Source: Escherichia coli (lineage in GTDB: Bacteria; Pseudomonadota; Gammaproteobacteria; Enterobacterales; Enterobacteriaceae). Taken from it: a DNA stretch of 64,000 nucleotides. This document shows positions 42,804-55,330 of the stretch, piece by piece. Made by a program: the position numbers and the translations under genes. Location: assembly GCF_003019035.1 (NCBI RefSeq), contig NZ_CP027447.1. The stretch is one strand, 5' to 3'. A model generated the notes under the pieces. The model made no database searches. It was not told where the DNA came from and was given only the letters and a program-made list of their open reading frames with translations. Within the stretch, counting starts at the first letter, position 1. Every line of letters begins with the position of its first letter.

Positions 42804-43757
42804 TTAACTACGTAAAATCGCCGCTGCTGTATCCTGATCGGTAACCAGTGCGTTGATATAACCGCCTTTCATTGCAGCGGCAATGGCTTCGGCTTTATTT
42901 TCTCCCCCTGCCACGCCAACCCGGACGGGTATGGTCTTCAGCGCGCTTAAAGGTAAGCCAATCAGTTCGTTATGTATTTTAATATCCGTGACAACGTCAC
43001 CTTTTGCATCAAAAAAGTAGCCTAAAATGTCGCCAACCGCCCCTTTTCGACCAATCATTAACTGTTCGCCCTGGCTGATATAGCCGGAGCGAATGATTGT
43101 TGCGTCGTCTTGTTGACTCACAGCCCCAATGCCGACAATCGCTACATCCGCTGCTTGCGCGGCTAGCAGAACATCTTTGACGCAATTTTCATTTTTTAGC
43201 GTACGGGCAATGTCAGCGGAGGATGCCCGCAACGGAGCCGGAATAATATTCACACTGCACGCCGCGTTAAGCTGCCCGATACCCGTCATATAAGAACCGA
43301 CTCCACCGGAGAGCGTGACCAGGCGAATTTGCTGTGACGAAATAAAACCACTTAAGCGTTGCAGCGTATTCATGGTTGCCTCGCCAAAACCAATCGCCAG
43401 CATCTGTTGTGGTTGAAGTAAACTCATCAACATATGCGCCGCGCCTATACCTAGTCGCCCGCCGACATCAGCATCCGCAAGCCCTGGGATCACCCGGACA
43501 TGTTGCAGCGAAAACTGACGACGTAATTGTGTTTCATATTCCAGACAGCCTTCAAAGCGAGAATTAATCTGTACGCGAATAATGCCGGATTGATGCCCTT
43601 TCTCCAGTAATCGCGACACTTTCAAACGGGTCAGGCCGAGACGATCGCTGATCTCACTCTGGGTCAGCCCGTCGTGGTAGTAAAACCACGCAATCCGCGC
43701 GACCTGTTCTTCTTCACACATTCCCTGTTCTGAAATTACCGAATCGTTGATTGTCAT
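42804..43757 (-). CDS. lsrR: lsr operon repressor
   Basis: 317-aa ORF matching LsrR. Confidence 0.93.
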   Translation of the reverse strand: MTINDSVISEQGMCEEEQVARIAWFYYHDGLTQSEISDRLGLTRLKVSRLLEKGHQSGIIRVQINSRFEGCLEYETQLRRQFSLQHVRVIPGLADADVGGRLGIGAAHMLMSLLQPQQMLAIGFGEATMNTLQRLSGFISSQQIRLVTLSGGVGSYMTGIGQLNAACSVNIIPAPLRASSADIARTLKNENCVKDVLLAAQAADVAIVGIGAVSQQDDATIIRSGYISQGEQLMIGRKGAVGDILGYFFDAKGDVVTDIKIHNELIGLPLSALKTIPVRVGVAGGENKAEAIAAAMKGGYINALVTDQDTAAAILRS

Positions 43758-43773
43758 AATTCATTCTTCACTT

Positions 43774-43974
43774 TGAACATACTTAAATCTTTAATGCAAT
43801 TGTTCAGTTCTTGCGCATTTATATCTGTGATGGCAACCACAGTTTGACTCTATGAGCATGAACAAACGCAACCGTGAAAATCAAAATAGCATAAATTGTG
43901 ATCTATTCGTCGGAAATATGTGCAATGTCCACCTAAGGTTATGAACAAATTAAAAACAGAAATACATTTGTTCA
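43774..43974. promoter_or_regulatory. Divergent lsrR/lsrA promoter region with two TGAACA…TGTTCA inverted repeats (candidate LsrR operators) and a CRP-like site
   Basis: TGAACA (43774-43779) / TGTTCA (43801-43806); TGAACAAAT (43942-43950) / ATTTGTTCA (43966-43974); TGTGATGGCAACCACAG between them. Confidence 0.55.
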
Positions 43975-44005
43975 AAACTCACCTGCAAAACTGAACGGGG
44001 GAAAT

Positions 44006-45541
44006 ATGCAAACGAGTGATACCCGCGCGTTACCGCTACTTTGCGCCCGCTCGGTTTATAAACAGTATTCAGGAGTTAATGTCCTGAAAGGCATCGATTT
44101 TACGTTGCATCAGGGGGAGGTCCACGCCCTGCTCGGCGGCAATGGTGCCGGTAAATCGACGTTAATGAAGATTATTGCCGGTATTACCCCTGCTGATAGC
44201 GGTACGCTGGAGATTGGGGGCAACAACTACGTCAGATTAACGCCAGTTCATGCTCATCAGCTGGGCATTTATCTCGTTCCCCAGGAACCGCTGCTTTTTC
44301 CAAGCCTGTCGATAAAAGAAAACATCCTGTTTGGTCTGGCAAAAAAACAGCTCTCCATACAGAAAATGAATAACTTGCTGGCGGCGCTGGGCTGCCAGTT
44401 TGATCTGCATAGTCTGGCAGGATCGCTGGATGTCGCCGATCGCCAAATGGTGGAAATCCTCCGCGGGCTGATGCGCGATTCGCGAATTCTGATCCTCGAT
44501 GAACCTACCGCCTCGCTTACTCCCGCCGAAACCGAACGTTTGTTTATTCGCTTGCGGGAGCTGCTTGCTACTGGCGTGGGTATTGTTTTTATCTCGCATA
44601 AGCTGCCGGAAATTCGCCAGATTGCCGACCGAATTAGCGTGATGCGCGACGGAACCATCGCCTTAAGCGGCAAAACCAGCGAACTGTCTACCGACGACAT
44701 TATTCAGGCCATTACGCCAGCGCTACGGGAAAAATCGCTCTCTGCCAGCCAAAAATTATGGCTGGAATTACCTGGCAACCGCCCACAACATGCCGCGGGA
44801 ACGCCGGTGCTGACACTGGAAAATCTGACCGGCGAAGGTTTCAGGAATGTCAGCCTGACGCTCAATGCCGGAGAAATTCTGGGCCTGGCTGGGCTGGTGG
44901 GAGCCGGACGCACAGAACTGGCCGAGACGCTCTATGGTCTGCGTACTTTGCGTGGCGGACGCATTATGCTGAATGGTAAAGAGATCAATAGATTATCCAC
45001 CGGAGAACGTTTACTGCGCGGTCTGGTTTATCTGCCGGAAGATCGCCAGTCATCCGGACTTAATCTCGATGCTTCACTGGCGTGGAACGTCTGCGCCCTT
45101 ACTCATAACCTTCGTGGATTCTGGGCGAAAACCGCGAAAGATAATGCCACCCTGGAACGATATCGTCGGGCGCTGAATATTAAATTTAACCAACCGGAAC
45201 AAGCTGCGCGGACCTTATCCGGCGGCAACCAGCAAAAAATCCTGATTGCCAAATGCCTGGAAGCCTCGCCGCAAGTATTGATTGTCGATGAGCCGACGCG
45301 CGGCGTGGATGTCTCGGCGCGTAATGATATCTACCAACTGTTGCGCAGCATCGCCGCACAGAATGTGGCTGTGCTGCTTATCTCCTCTGATCTCGAAGAG
45401 ATCGAACTGATGGCAGATCGCGTGTATGTGATGCATCAGGGCGAAATTGCCCACTCTGCACTGACCGGGCGCGATATTAATGTCGAGACCATTATGCGCG
45501 TTGCCTTCGGCGATAGTCAGCGTCAGGAGGCGTCATGCTGA
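44006..45541 (+). CDS. lsrA: AI-2 ABC transporter ATPase (two ABC domains)
   Basis: 511-aa ORF with Walker [10 protein letters not shown]. Confidence 0.93.
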
Positions 45542-46563
45542 AATTTATTCAGAACAACCGTGAAATCACGGCACTGCTGGCGGTGGTGCTGCTGTTTGTA
45601 TTACCCGGTTTTCTCGACCGTCAGTATTTAAGTGTGCAAACGCTGACCATGGTTTATAGCAGCGCGCAAATCCTGATCCTGCTGGCAATGGGCGCGACGC
45701 TGGTAATGCTTACGCGCAATATTGATGTTTCAGTGGGTTCGATTACCGGAATGTGCGCGGTGCTGTTGGGGATGTTACTGAACGCGGGGTATTCACTACC
45801 TGTTGCTTGTGTCGCGACTTTACTGCTTGGTTTGCTCGCGGGATTTTTCAACGGTGTCCTGGTCGCGTGGCTAAAGATCCCTGCCATTGTTGCCACCCTT
45901 GGCACGTTAGGGTTGTACAGAGGCATCATGTTGCTGTGGACTGGCGGTAAATGGATTGAGGGATTACCCGCCGAACTGAAACAACTCTCCGCCCCGCTGC
46001 TGTTTGGCGTTTCCGCGATTGGTTGGTTGACGATAATTCTGGTGGCATTTATGGCCTGGCTGCTGGCAAAGACGGCGTTTGGACGCAGTTTTTATGTCAC
46101 GGGCGATAATTTACAGGGCGCTCGTCAACTGGGCGTTCGTACGGAAGCCATTCGCATTGTGGCATTTTCGTTGAACGGCTGCATGGCGGCACTGGCGGGA
46201 ATTGTGTTTGCTTCGCAGATTGGTTTTATCCCCAACCAGACCGGTACCGGGCTGGAGATGAAAGCAATTGCAGCCTGCGTGCTGGGCGGCATTAGTTTGC
46301 TCGGCGGTTCCGGCGCGATCATCGGTGCGGTACTCGGTGCATGGTTCCTGACGCAGATCGATAGTGTACTGGTGCTGTTGCGCATTCCGGCATGGTGGAA
46401 TGATTTTATCGCGGGCATGGTTCTGCTGGCGGTGCTGGTGTTTGATGGACGCCTGCGTTGTGCGCTGGAACGTAATCTGCGGCGGCAAAAATATGCCCGC
46501 TTTATGATGCCACCGCCATCCGTTAAACCCGCTTCGTCAGGTAAAAAACGGGAGGCCGCGTAA
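45535..46563 (+). CDS. lsrC: AI-2 ABC transporter permease
   Basis: 342-aa membrane protein; overlaps the lsrA stop. Confidence 0.93.
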
Positions 46564-47555
46564 TGCGTATTCGCTACGGTTGGGAACTGGCTCTTGCCGC
46601 ACTGCTCGTTATTGAGATTGTTGCATTTGGTGCAATTAACCCGCGGATGTTAGATCTCAATATGTTGCTGTTCAGCACCAGTGACTTTATCTGCATTGGC
46701 ATTGTCGCCCTACCGCTGACGATGGTGATTGTCAGTGGTGGGATCGATATTTCGTTTGGTTCGACCATCGGCCTCTGCGCCATTGCATTGGGCGTACTGT
46801 TTCAAAGTGGTGTGCCGATGCCGCTGGCGATTCTTCTGACCTTACTGCTCGGCGCATTGTGCGGGTTGATCAACGCCGGATTAATTATCTATACCAAAGT
46901 TAACCCGCTGGTGATTACGCTTGGCACGCTGTATCTGTTTGCCGGAAGCGCCCTGCTGCTTTCCGGGATGGCCGGAGCGACGGGGTACGAAGGTATTGGT
47001 GGATTCCCGATGGCGTTTACAGATTTCGCTAACCTGGATGTGCTGGGACTCCCCGTTCCGCTGATTATCTTCCTGATATGTCTCCTCGTTTTCTGGCTCT
47101 GGCTGCATAAAACCCATGCCGGACGTAACGTGTTTTTAATTGGGCAAAGCCCGCGTGTGGCGGTTTATAGCGCGATTCCAGTTAACCGCACCTTGTGTGC
47201 GCTCTATGCCATGACGGGGCTGGCGTCTGCGGTCGCCGCTGTGCTGCTGGTATCGTATTTTGGTTCAGCACGTTCCGATCTCGGTGCGTCGTTTCTGATG
47301 CCCGCCATCACCGCCGTAGTGCTCGGCGGTGCCAATATTTATGGTGGTTCTGGTTCCATTATCGGCACCGCCATTGCGGTTTTATTAGTGGGATATTTGC
47401 AACAAGGTTTGCAAATGGCAGGAGTGCCAAATCAGGTGTCCAGCGCCCTTTCCGGTGCGCTACTTATCGTCGTTGTCGTAGGTCGTTCCGTTAGCCTGCA
47501 TCGCCAGCAAATTAAAGAGTGGCTGGCGCGTCGGGCCAATAACCCATTGCCATAA
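46563..47555 (+). CDS. lsrD: AI-2 ABC transporter permease
   Basis: 330-aa membrane protein. Confidence 0.93.
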   Translation: MRIRYGWELALAALLVIEIVAFGAINPRMLDLNMLLFSTSDFICIGIVALPLTMVIVSGGIDISFGSTIGLCAIALGVLFQSGVPMPLAILLTLLLGALCGLINAGLIIYTKVNPLVITLGTLYLFAGSALLLSGMAGATGYEGIGGFPMAFTDFANLDVLGLPVPLIIFLICLLVFWLWLHKTHAGRNVFLIGQSPRVAVYSAIPVNRTLCALYAMTGLASAVAAVLLVSYFGSARSDLGASFLMPAITAVVLGGANIYGGSGSIIGTAIAVLLVGYLQQGLQMAGVPNQVSSALSGALLIVVVVGRSVSLHRQQIKEWLARRANNPLP

Positions 47556-47566
47556 AGGATATCTTC

Positions 47567-48589
47567 ATGACACTTCATCGCTTTAAGAAAATCGCCTTAA
47601 TTAGCGCGCTTGGCATTGCCGTAATCTCTATGAATGTGCAGGCGGCAGAGCGTATTGCATTTATTCCCAAACTGGTTGGCGTAGGATTTTTTACCAGCGG
47701 TGGCAACGGCGCACAACAAGCTGGTAAAGAGCTGGGCGTTGATGTGACCTACGACGGGCCGACAGAACCCAGTGTTTCTGGTCAGGTACAGTTGATTAAT
47801 AACTTCGTCAATCAGGGTTATAACGCCATTATCGTTTCTGCGGTTTCGCCTGATGGCTTGTGTCCGGCACTGAAACGCGCCATGCAACGTGGTGTGAGAG
47901 TGCTGACCTGGGACTCTGATACTAAACCGGAGTGCCGCTCTTACTACATTAATCAGGGAACGCCCGCCCAGTTGGGAGGTATGTTGGTGGATATGGCGGC
48001 GCGTCAGGTGAATAAAGACAAAGCCAAAGTCGCGTTTTTCTACTCAAGCCCCACCGTTACGGACCAAAACCAGTGGGTGAAAGAAGCGAAAGCGAAAATC
48101 GCCAAAGAGCATCCAGGCTGGGAAATTGTCACTACGCAGTTTGGCTATAACGATGCCACTAAATCATTACAAACCGCAGAAGGAATATTAAAAGCGTATA
48201 GCGATCTCGACGCTATTATCGCCCCCGATGCCAATGCCCTGCCCGCTGCCGCACAAGCCGCAGAAAACCTGAAAAATGACAAAGTTGCGATTGTCGGATT
48301 CAGTACGCCAAACGTGATGCGTCCATATGTGGAACGCGGCACGGTGAAAGAATTTGGCCTGTGGGATGTGGTTCAGCAAGGCAAAATATCAGTTTATGTC
48401 GCGGATGCATTATTGAAAAAAGGATCAATGAAAACGGGCGACAAGCTGGATATTCAGGGCGTAGGTCAGGTGGAAGTCTCGCCAAACAGCGTTCAGGGCT
48501 ATGACTACGAAGCGGATGGTAATGGCATCGTACTGTTACCGGAGCGCGTGATATTCAACAAAGAGAATATCGGCAAATACGATTTCTGA
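47567..48589 (+). CDS. lsrB: AI-2 periplasmic binding protein
   Basis: 340-aa ORF with signal peptide. Confidence 0.93.
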   Translation: MTLHRFKKIALISALGIAVISMNVQAAERIAFIPKLVGVGFFTSGGNGAQQAGKELGVDVTYDGPTEPSVSGQVQLINNFVNQGYNAIIVSAVSPDGLCPALKRAMQRGVRVLTWDSDTKPECRSYYINQGTPAQLGGMLVDMAARQVNKDKAKVAFFYSSPTVTDQNQWVKEAKAKIAKEHPGWEIVTTQFGYNDATKSLQTAEGILKAYSDLDAIIAPDANALPAAAQAAENLKNDKVAIVGFSTPNVMRPYVERGTVKEFGLWDVVQQGKISVYVADALLKKGSMKTGDKLDIQGVGQVEVSPNSVQGYDYEADGNGIVLLPERVIFNKENIGKYDF

Positions 48590-48615
48590 TGTGCATTACT
48601 TAACCGGAGTACGTT

Positions 48616-49491
48616 ATGGCAGATTTAGACGATATTAAAGATGGTAAAGATTTTCGTACCGATCAACCGCAACAAAATATCCCTTTTACCCTGAAAGGTT
48701 GCGGTGCACTGGATTGGGGAATGCAGTCACGCTTATCGCGGATATTTAATCCGAAAACGGGTAAAACCGTGATGCTGGCCTTTGATCATGGTTATTTTCA
48801 GGGGCCGACTACCGGACTTGAACGCATTGATATAAATATCGCCCCGCTGTTTGAACATGCCGATGTATTAATGTGTACGCGCGGCATTTTGCGCAGCGTA
48901 GTCCCCCCTGCGACCAATAAGCCGGTGGTACTGCGGGCGTCAGGTGCGAACTCTATTCTGGCGGAATTAAGTAATGAAGCCGTGGCGTTATCGATGGATG
49001 ACGCCGTGCGCCTGAACAGTTGCGCGGTGGCGGCGCAGGTTTATATCGGCAGCGAATATGAACATCAGTCGATCAAAAATATTATTCAGCTGGTCGATGC
49101 CGGAATGAAAGCGGGAATGCCGACCATGGCCGTGACTGGTGTGGGCAAAGATATGGTGCGCGATCAGCGTTATTTCTCGCTCGCGACTCGAATCGCCGCT
49201 GAAATGGGGGCGCAGATTATCAAAACTTATTATGTCGATAAAGGTTTTGAACGGATTGTTGCCGGATGTCCGGTACCCATTGTTATTGCTGGCGGTAAAA
49301 AGTTACCGGAGCGCGAGGCGCTGGAAATGTGCTGGCAGGCTATCGATCAGGGCGCTTCTGGTGTGGATATGGGGCGTAATATTTTCCAGTCTGACCATCC
49401 GGTGGCGATGATGAAAGCCGTACAGGCGGTGGTACACCATAACGAAACGGCTGATCGGGCATATGAACTCTATCTGAGTGAAAAACAGTAA
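48616..49491 (+). CDS. lsrF: P-DPD thiolase (aldolase-like)
   Basis: 291-aa ORF matching LsrF. Confidence 0.92.
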   Translation: MADLDDIKDGKDFRTDQPQQNIPFTLKGCGALDWGMQSRLSRIFNPKTGKTVMLAFDHGYFQGPTTGLERIDINIAPLFEHADVLMCTRGILRSVVPPATNKPVVLRASGANSILAELSNEAVALSMDDAVRLNSCAVAAQVYIGSEYEHQSIKNIIQLVDAGMKAGMPTMAVTGVGKDMVRDQRYFSLATRIAAEMGAQIIKTYYVDKGFERIVAGCPVPIVIAGGKKLPEREALEMCWQAIDQGASGVDMGRNIFQSDHPVAMMKAVQAVVHHNETADRAYELYLSEKQ

Positions 49492-49514
49492 CTGCGGATT
49501 TAAGGAGAAGAATT

Positions 49515-49805
49515 ATGCACGTCACACTGGTTGAAATTAACGTTCATGAAGACAAGGTTGACGAGTTTATCGAAGTTTTTCGCCAGAACCACCTGGGCTC
49601 GGTACAGGAAGAAGGCAATTTGCGCTTCGATGTCTTACAGGACCCGGAAGTGAATTCGCGCTTTTATATCTACGAAGCTTATAAAGATGAAGACGCAGTG
49701 GCGTTCCATAAAACCACGCCCCACTACAAAACCTGTGTCGCAAAACTGGAAGCTTTAATGACCGGGCCGCGTAAAAAACGTCTGTTCAATGGATTGATGC
49801 CGTGA
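49515..49805 (+). CDS. lsrG: P-DPD isomerase
   Basis: 96-aa ORF matching LsrG. Confidence 0.92.
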   Translation: MHVTLVEINVHEDKVDEFIEVFRQNHLGSVQEEGNLRFDVLQDPEVNSRFYIYEAYKDEDAVAFHKTTPHYKTCVAKLEALMTGPRKKRLFNGLMP

Positions 49806-49861
49806 GGCGAATTTATCAGTTTTATCTACACTAGGGGTAACGCGCTGACGGGAGTAAAAAT

Positions 49862-50620
49862 ATGTCTGACTGGAACCCCTCTTTATATCTGCACTTTGCC
49901 GCTGAACGATCGCGTCCGGCGATGGAGCTGCTTGCCAGAGTGCCGCTGGAGAATATCGAATACGTTGCCGATCTTGGCTGTGGCCCAGGTAACAGCACCG
50001 CACTGCTGCATCAACGTTGGCCTGCGGCCAGGATAACAGGCATCGACTCGTCTCCGGCGATGATTGCTGAAGCGCGCAGTGCTTTGCCAGACTGCCAGTT
50101 CGTGGAAGCAGACATCCGCAACTGGCAACCGGAACAGGCACTCGATCTGATTTTTGCTAATGCCTCACTGCAATGGCTGCCCGACCACTACGAATTGTTC
50201 CCTCATCTGGTTTCTTTACTTAATTCGCATGGTGTGTTGGCAGTACAGATGCCAGATAACTGGCTAGAGCCAACCCATGTGCTCATGCGCGAAGTCGCCT
50301 GGGAACAAAATTATCCGGATCGCGGGCGTGAGCCGCTGGCTGGCGTTCATGCTTACTACGATATTTTGAGCGAAGCCGGATGTGAGGTCGATATCTGGCG
50401 AACCACTTACTATCACCAGATGCCGTCGCACCAGGCGATTATCGATTGGGTGACCGCCACTGGATTACGTCCGTGGTTACAGGATCTGACCGAGAGCGAA
50501 CAGCAGCATTTTCTTACGCGCTACCATCAGATGCTGGAAGAGCAGTATCCACTGCAAGAGAACGGAGAGATACTGCTGGCATTTCCGCGTCTGTTTATTG
50601 TTGCCCGCCGTACGGAGTAA
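49862..50620 (+). CDS. tam: trans-Aconitate 2-methyltransferase
   Basis: 252-aa ORF with SAM motif LGCGPG. Confidence 0.92.
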   Translation: MSDWNPSLYLHFAAERSRPAMELLARVPLENIEYVADLGCGPGNSTALLHQRWPAARITGIDSSPAMIAEARSALPDCQFVEADIRNWQPEQALDLIFANASLQWLPDHYELFPHLVSLLNSHGVLAVQMPDNWLEPTHVLMREVAWEQNYPDRGREPLAGVHAYYDILSEAGCEVDIWRTTYYHQMPSHQAIIDWVTATGLRPWLQDLTESEQQHFLTRYHQMLEEQYPLQENGEILLAFPRLFIVARRTE

Positions 50621-50623
50621 TTA

Positions 50624-51538
50624 TCACGTCAGCTGGTAATGGCGATCGGGAAGAATTTTCGCTGGAATTTCTGCTTCATCGTTCATCTGTAACAGGTCAA
50701 TTTCAATAGCGTTGCAGATGGCATCCAGCGGTAAGTCATTGTTTTCAGTACCGAAGGGATCTTCCAGTTCTTCCGCCAGACAATCCAGCGAAATAAAAGT
50801 GTAGGAAATCAGCACAGAGATAAAAGGCGTCATGTAATGCAGGTCCACGACCAGCGCAAACGGCAGCATGATACAAAACAGATAAACGGTACGATGCAAA
50901 ATCAGGGTGTAGGCAAAGGGAATTGGCGTATAGGCAATGCGCTCGCAGCCTGCCAGAACCGCTGAAATATCATTAAGCCGATCGTTGAGGCTAATAAACA
51001 GGATATCTGAAAGCTGCCCATTGCGGCGCTGAACCGCCAACCACTCCCCCATTATTAACAAGATGCGGTTAGCTGGAGAGTTCGAAGCCAGTACACGCTG
51101 AAGATCTTCCGTCTTGAGATAATGAGCCAGCACTTCCGCCTGTGGCTGTTTGCGTAATGTCATGCGCAAACAGTGGGCGAAGGCGATTTGCAGCCGGGCA
51201 AACTCCCTTACACTTGCCGAATCCGGTAATGTCGTTTTTACCTCGCGCAGTAACGACCGCGAGGCAATCATCAACTGCCCCCAAAGTTTTCGCGCTTCAA
51301 CGTAACGGGCGTAACCGGCATTATTACGAAAACCAAGAAAAATGGCGATGGCGACACCGAGAATGCTGAACGGTGCGAGGGTGAATTTAATGCCCAAATG
51401 CGTGTACCAGGGCAGCATGAAAATAACAGCGATCGAAAAGAGAAAATTGAGTAGTAAGCGCGAGGATATCTTGGATAATACTGAACCGTGCCAGACAAAA
51501 ATACGGCGCAGCCAGTGTTGTTGTGGACGAACAATCAT
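50624..51538 (-). CDS. yneE: Bestrophin-family membrane protein
   Basis: 304 aa from MIVRPQQHWL; the supplied ORF has a 17-codon upstream extension. Confidence 0.85.
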   Translation of the reverse strand: MIVRPQQHWLRRIFVWHGSVLSKISSRLLLNFLFSIAVIFMLPWYTHLGIKFTLAPFSILGVAIAIFLGFRNNAGYARYVEARKLWGQLMIASRSLLREVKTTLPDSASVREFARLQIAFAHCLRMTLRKQPQAEVLAHYLKTEDLQRVLASNSPANRILLIMGEWLAVQRRNGQLSDILFISLNDRLNDISAVLAGCERIAYTPIPFAYTLILHRTVYLFCIMLPFALVVDLHYMTPFISVLISYTFISLDCLAEELEDPFGTENNDLPLDAICNAIEIDLLQMNDEAEIPAKILPDRHYQLT

Positions 51539-51734
51539 GGTTATCTTCAGGCGTGGAAAAGTCGCCCTATTAAACGTGATTACGATCACATTCTCAAGAC
51601 ACTACTTACAAATTACCTACAAGCTTACAACATTAACAGGTGCTGCATGTAGCACCTGTTAATGATAAAGGCACATAGGATGTTGTAACTAATATAGTGA
51701 AATAAGAAACCCGGTCGAAACCGGGTTCAGAGTA

Positions 51735-53186
51735 TTAGCACAACGGACGTACAGCTTCGCGCATTCCTTTTTCGAGAATCGCATCCAGGTCATTAGCCAC
51801 CTGCTCGACCAGACCAGGCACTTGCGTCAGGTCCTGCTCCCAGTGGTCTTTTTCAGCCAACACAATAGCAACCAGTTCCTGGGTGCCGATAACACGGTCA
51901 CGATGCTGGCTCCAGAGTTGCTGATAACGTTCCAGCCAGTGGGCATCGTCCTGTACCGGATATGTTTCTCCATTACGCTCACCGCGATAAAACGCAATCA
52001 ATGCCGCTAATGCGAAAGTAAGGCGCGCCGGAAGTGTGCCGTTTGCCTTCTGCCCTGCCAGCAGCTGCGGCAGGATACGGGTGCGGAACTTGGTCATACC
52101 GTTAAGCGCGATAGACAGCAGCTGATGCTTAATGTACGGATTACGGAAACGTCCGGTGACTGCACTGGCGAAAGATTCCAGTTCATCACGAGGCAAATCC
52201 AGTACCGGAATAATCTCTTCGTAGATGGCTTTTTCAACGAATGCACAAATTTCAGCATCGTTCATCGCTTCACCTACGGTATCCAGCCCTGCCTGGAACG
52301 CCACCGGCACCAGCGCGGTGTGCGCACCGTTGAGGATTGCCACTTTGCGTTCTTTATACGGTTTAATATCGTCAACAATCAGCACGTTGAGCGGATATTT
52401 GTCCAGACGCAGTTCAGTCGCTAAGGATTTCGGCCCCTGAATCACAAACAGGTAAAAGTGTTCAGCGGTGTCGAGGAAACCATCGTGATAACCCAGTTCT
52501 TCTTCCAGTTTAGCCACTTCATCACGCGGATAGCCGGTAACGATACGGTCCACCAGCGTAGAACAGAAGCTGTTAGCCTGATCCAGCCATTGAATAAATG
52601 CTTCTGGCAGTGCCCACTCTTGCGCATAGCGCAGCACCAGTTCACGCAACGCGTCGCCATTGTAGTCGATCAACTCACACGGGATGATGATCCAACCTTT
52701 ATCCAGCGCACCGTTGAAATGGCTAAAACGTTCGAACAGCAGACGGGTCAGTTTTGCCGGATAACTTACCGCTGGCGCGTCATCGAATTTATCGCCCGCA
52801 TGGTAGCTGATACCCGCTTCGGTGGTGTTAGAGAAAACAAAGCGCATTTCCGGGTTGTGCGCCAGTTTCAGGAATTCATCGTATTCACTGTAGACGCTGA
52901 TTTCACGATTAACAGAGCGAATCAGACGTGCGTCGCTGACCGCTTCCCCCTTCTCGTTCAGACCACGGATAATGGTGGTGTACAGACCATCCTGCGTGCT
53001 CAGTGACGGCGGGAATGAAGTTTCAATCGGACGAACAACGACCACGCCAGAATTCAGATCGGTGTGCTCATTCAGGAGATCGATTTGCCAGTCAACAAAG
53101 GCGCGCAGGAAGTTACCTTCACCAAACTGAATGATACGTTCTGGATACTGTGCACCGGGAAAATCGCGACGATTTAGTGTTTTCAC
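51735..53186 (-). CDS. uxaB: Altronate oxidoreductase (tagaturonate reductase)
   Basis: 483-aa ORF matching UxaB. Confidence 0.92.
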   Translation of the reverse strand: MKTLNRRDFPGAQYPERIIQFGEGNFLRAFVDWQIDLLNEHTDLNSGVVVVRPIETSFPPSLSTQDGLYTTIIRGLNEKGEAVSDARLIRSVNREISVYSEYDEFLKLAHNPEMRFVFSNTTEAGISYHAGDKFDDAPAVSYPAKLTRLLFERFSHFNGALDKGWIIIPCELIDYNGDALRELVLRYAQEWALPEAFIQWLDQANSFCSTLVDRIVTGYPRDEVAKLEEELGYHDGFLDTAEHFYLFVIQGPKSLATELRLDKYPLNVLIVDDIKPYKERKVAILNGAHTALVPVAFQAGLDTVGEAMNDAEICAFVEKAIYEEIIPVLDLPRDELESFASAVTGRFRNPYIKHQLLSIALNGMTKFRTRILPQLLAGQKANGTLPARLTFALAALIAFYRGERNGETYPVQDDAHWLERYQQLWSQHRDRVIGTQELVAIVLAEKDHWEQDLTQVPGLVEQVANDLDAILEKGMREAVRPLC

Positions 53187-53413
53187 AATGGGTTCCCTTC
53201 TGATTAGTCATACAACCTGTTTGAATTGGTACGACAGGTTAGCAAACTTTAATACGCCGAACCCCTGTTTTGATCAACTCCTGATGATTAATGAGCAGTT
53301 TTATGAGAAAAGTGTGGCGCGGATCATGGTTTAATCGAGGAACTACGCCTTTTATTCGCTCAATAAAGTGGTAGAACACATTCCATTTAAATCGCTGTGA
53401 ATGAATAAAGATG

Positions 53414-54832
53414 TCAGACAACTTCCTCACCGTAACGCATAGTGCTGGTACGGTTGCGCCCATCTTTCTTCGAGCGATACAGACATGTATCGGCTTCGAC
53501 CATCAATTTATTAAAGTCATCGGTCAGCGTTCGGTACGATGCGCAACCACTACCGACGCCAATACTTACCGTGAGATAAAGCGTTTTTTGTTGCCAGGTG
53601 AACGGTTGCAGTTCAACGCCTTTACGGATTTTTTCCGCCATTAGCAGACCATCGACAGGATTCACCGATGGCACTGCAACAGCAAATTCCTCGCCGCCCA
53701 TTCGCGCCACCAGCCCCTTATCACCGACAATCTTCTGAATATGCTGGGCAAACACGCTTAACACTTTATCGCCACATTCATGTCCATAGTTATCGTTAAT
53801 GCTTTTGAAATAGTCGATATCAAGCAGCATGACAGTCAGATGTTGTGTCTGTTTCAGCGATGGACTTTTCAGCGCCTCATAAAGACCGGACCGTGAGTAA
53901 ACCTGAGTCAGAAAATCAAAGTCGGCTCGCAGCGCAACTTGCTTCATTAGCGAATTGATCGCTGCCACGCTAAAAGAAACCATAATTGGGCATATCGCCA
54001 TCGTGGCAATACCGAGACGTGCGGAGAACATTTGCGGAATGGAGAACGGCGAACCGACCGAGATATCAATCACCGAATTTGCCACCATTACGATTTCCAC
54101 CGCACCGGTGACAAAGGTCAACAGACATGTTACCTGCGGCGTATAGCGCACTGCACACCAGATTAATGCAGGCAGCGGGAACGCCAGACTCCCCGCTCCG
54201 CCAATGACTACCGAGGCAATAACCGACACAATAAGCGCGATAGCGGGCATCATCTGTTCTGCTTTAAAGCGCGGCAGCACTCCAGGAATTGCCAACGTCA
54301 GCATACAAGGCACGATCAACACGCCCGTTGAGAATTGCTCACTGAACCAGTCGGCAAGCAAAGGCCAGAAATCCAGACTATCAATACTGACCGAACCAAT
54401 CGCCCCGACAATAGCGCATAATAATGCGGCAATCAGACAGTAATTAAATAGCCGTAAGGCACTTACTGGCTCGTACTTATTTTTCCCCAGACGCTTATCC
54501 CGCGCGACCAGTAAGGCGACGGTAACAATAAACATCATATTGGAGAAATTGATAGCCAGTGAAACCAGCCCCCATTCGGTGGTTATGGCATCATAAACCA
54601 GCATCGCCACATAACTGATCGCATAGTAATGCAGTCGATTAAGCCAGACATAGCGGGCAAACACCCCCGCCATTACGCCATTCAGCGGCCAGAAAAGAGA
54701 AAGTTCGTGAACCAGCCGTAACTCTGCACCAATAAAATAGAACAGCGTGGTTAGCGCAAAAATAGCGATGCTATTACGTAGCAGATGACCTTCCTGGAAC
54801 AAACGGAAAGTTGAAATGGGCTGTACATGCAT
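53414..54832 (-). CDS. yneF: Membrane-anchored diguanylate cyclase (GGDEF)
   Basis: 472-aa ORF with N-terminal multi-transmembrane region and C-terminal GGEEF motif; start uncertain (I recall the K-12 annotation as shorter). Confidence 0.8.
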   Translation of the reverse strand: MHVQPISTFRLFQEGHLLRNSIAIFALTTLFYFIGAELRLVHELSLFWPLNGVMAGVFARYVWLNRLHYYAISYVAMLVYDAITTEWGLVSLAINFSNMMFIVTVALLVARDKRLGKNKYEPVSALRLFNYCLIAALLCAIVGAIGSVSIDSLDFWPLLADWFSEQFSTGVLIVPCMLTLAIPGVLPRFKAEQMMPAIALIVSVIASVVIGGAGSLAFPLPALIWCAVRYTPQVTCLLTFVTGAVEIVMVANSVIDISVGSPFSIPQMFSARLGIATMAICPIMVSFSVAAINSLMKQVALRADFDFLTQVYSRSGLYEALKSPSLKQTQHLTVMLLDIDYFKSINDNYGHECGDKVLSVFAQHIQKIVGDKGLVARMGGEEFAVAVPSVNPVDGLLMAEKIRKGVELQPFTWQQKTLYLTVSIGVGSGCASYRTLTDDFNKLMVEADTCLYRSKKDGRNRTSTMRYGEEVV

Positions 54833-54970
54833 TAATTATCTGTCCATACAATTGCGGGTGGCAATTATCTCAACGTAATAAGTAAATTCTTATAAAGGAT
54901 AGCATGTTCGCTGACAGCGGCGGCAAATAAAGATACCTAATGAATGCCATTTTATCGATTTCCGTAATTA

Positions 54971-55330
54971 TCATGGCTGATTCATCTGTATAACCAGCCA
55001 GTGATAGATTACCGTCACAATATAACGTTGTTGCTCCTCACTTAACGCTTCCCCCTGAGGAATGTTATGCCACTTAGCCAGACAACCGCGACAACAGGTC
55101 GCGGTGGCGTGTTGAGCGATAAAAACCGGATGCCCGCGCATGGGGGTTTGCTTACCGTCGTTAGCCGGTAATGCCGGAGCAAGACGTTTAGCGACAAAAT
55201 CTGCCGCATGTTGTTCAATGACTGGCGCGCCTTTCTCCAGACAATACTGACGCTCTTTCACACCCAAACGAAAGCGAGAGCGAAATTTTGAACGGGATAA
55301 ACGCGCGAAGAGTGGATCGAGAGACTGCAT
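54971..55330 (-). CDS. yneG: Conserved protein YneG
   Basis: 119-aa ORF whose start overlaps the glsB stop. Confidence 0.85.
   Translation of the reverse strand: MQSLDPLFARLSRSKFRSRFRLGVKERQYCLEKGAPVIEQHAADFVAKRLAPALPANDGKQTPMRGHPVFIAQHATATCCRGCLAKWHNIPQGEALSEEQQRYIVTVIYHWLVIQMNQP

Noticed and set aside
52458-53006. 182-aa plus-strand ORF inside uxaB
   Set aside because: Antisense to uxaB; spurious.
53200-53240. Possible ExuR operator upstream of uxaB (ATTGGTAC… half-site)
   Set aside because: Only a partial match to my recollection of the palindromic consensus; too weak to list as a feature.
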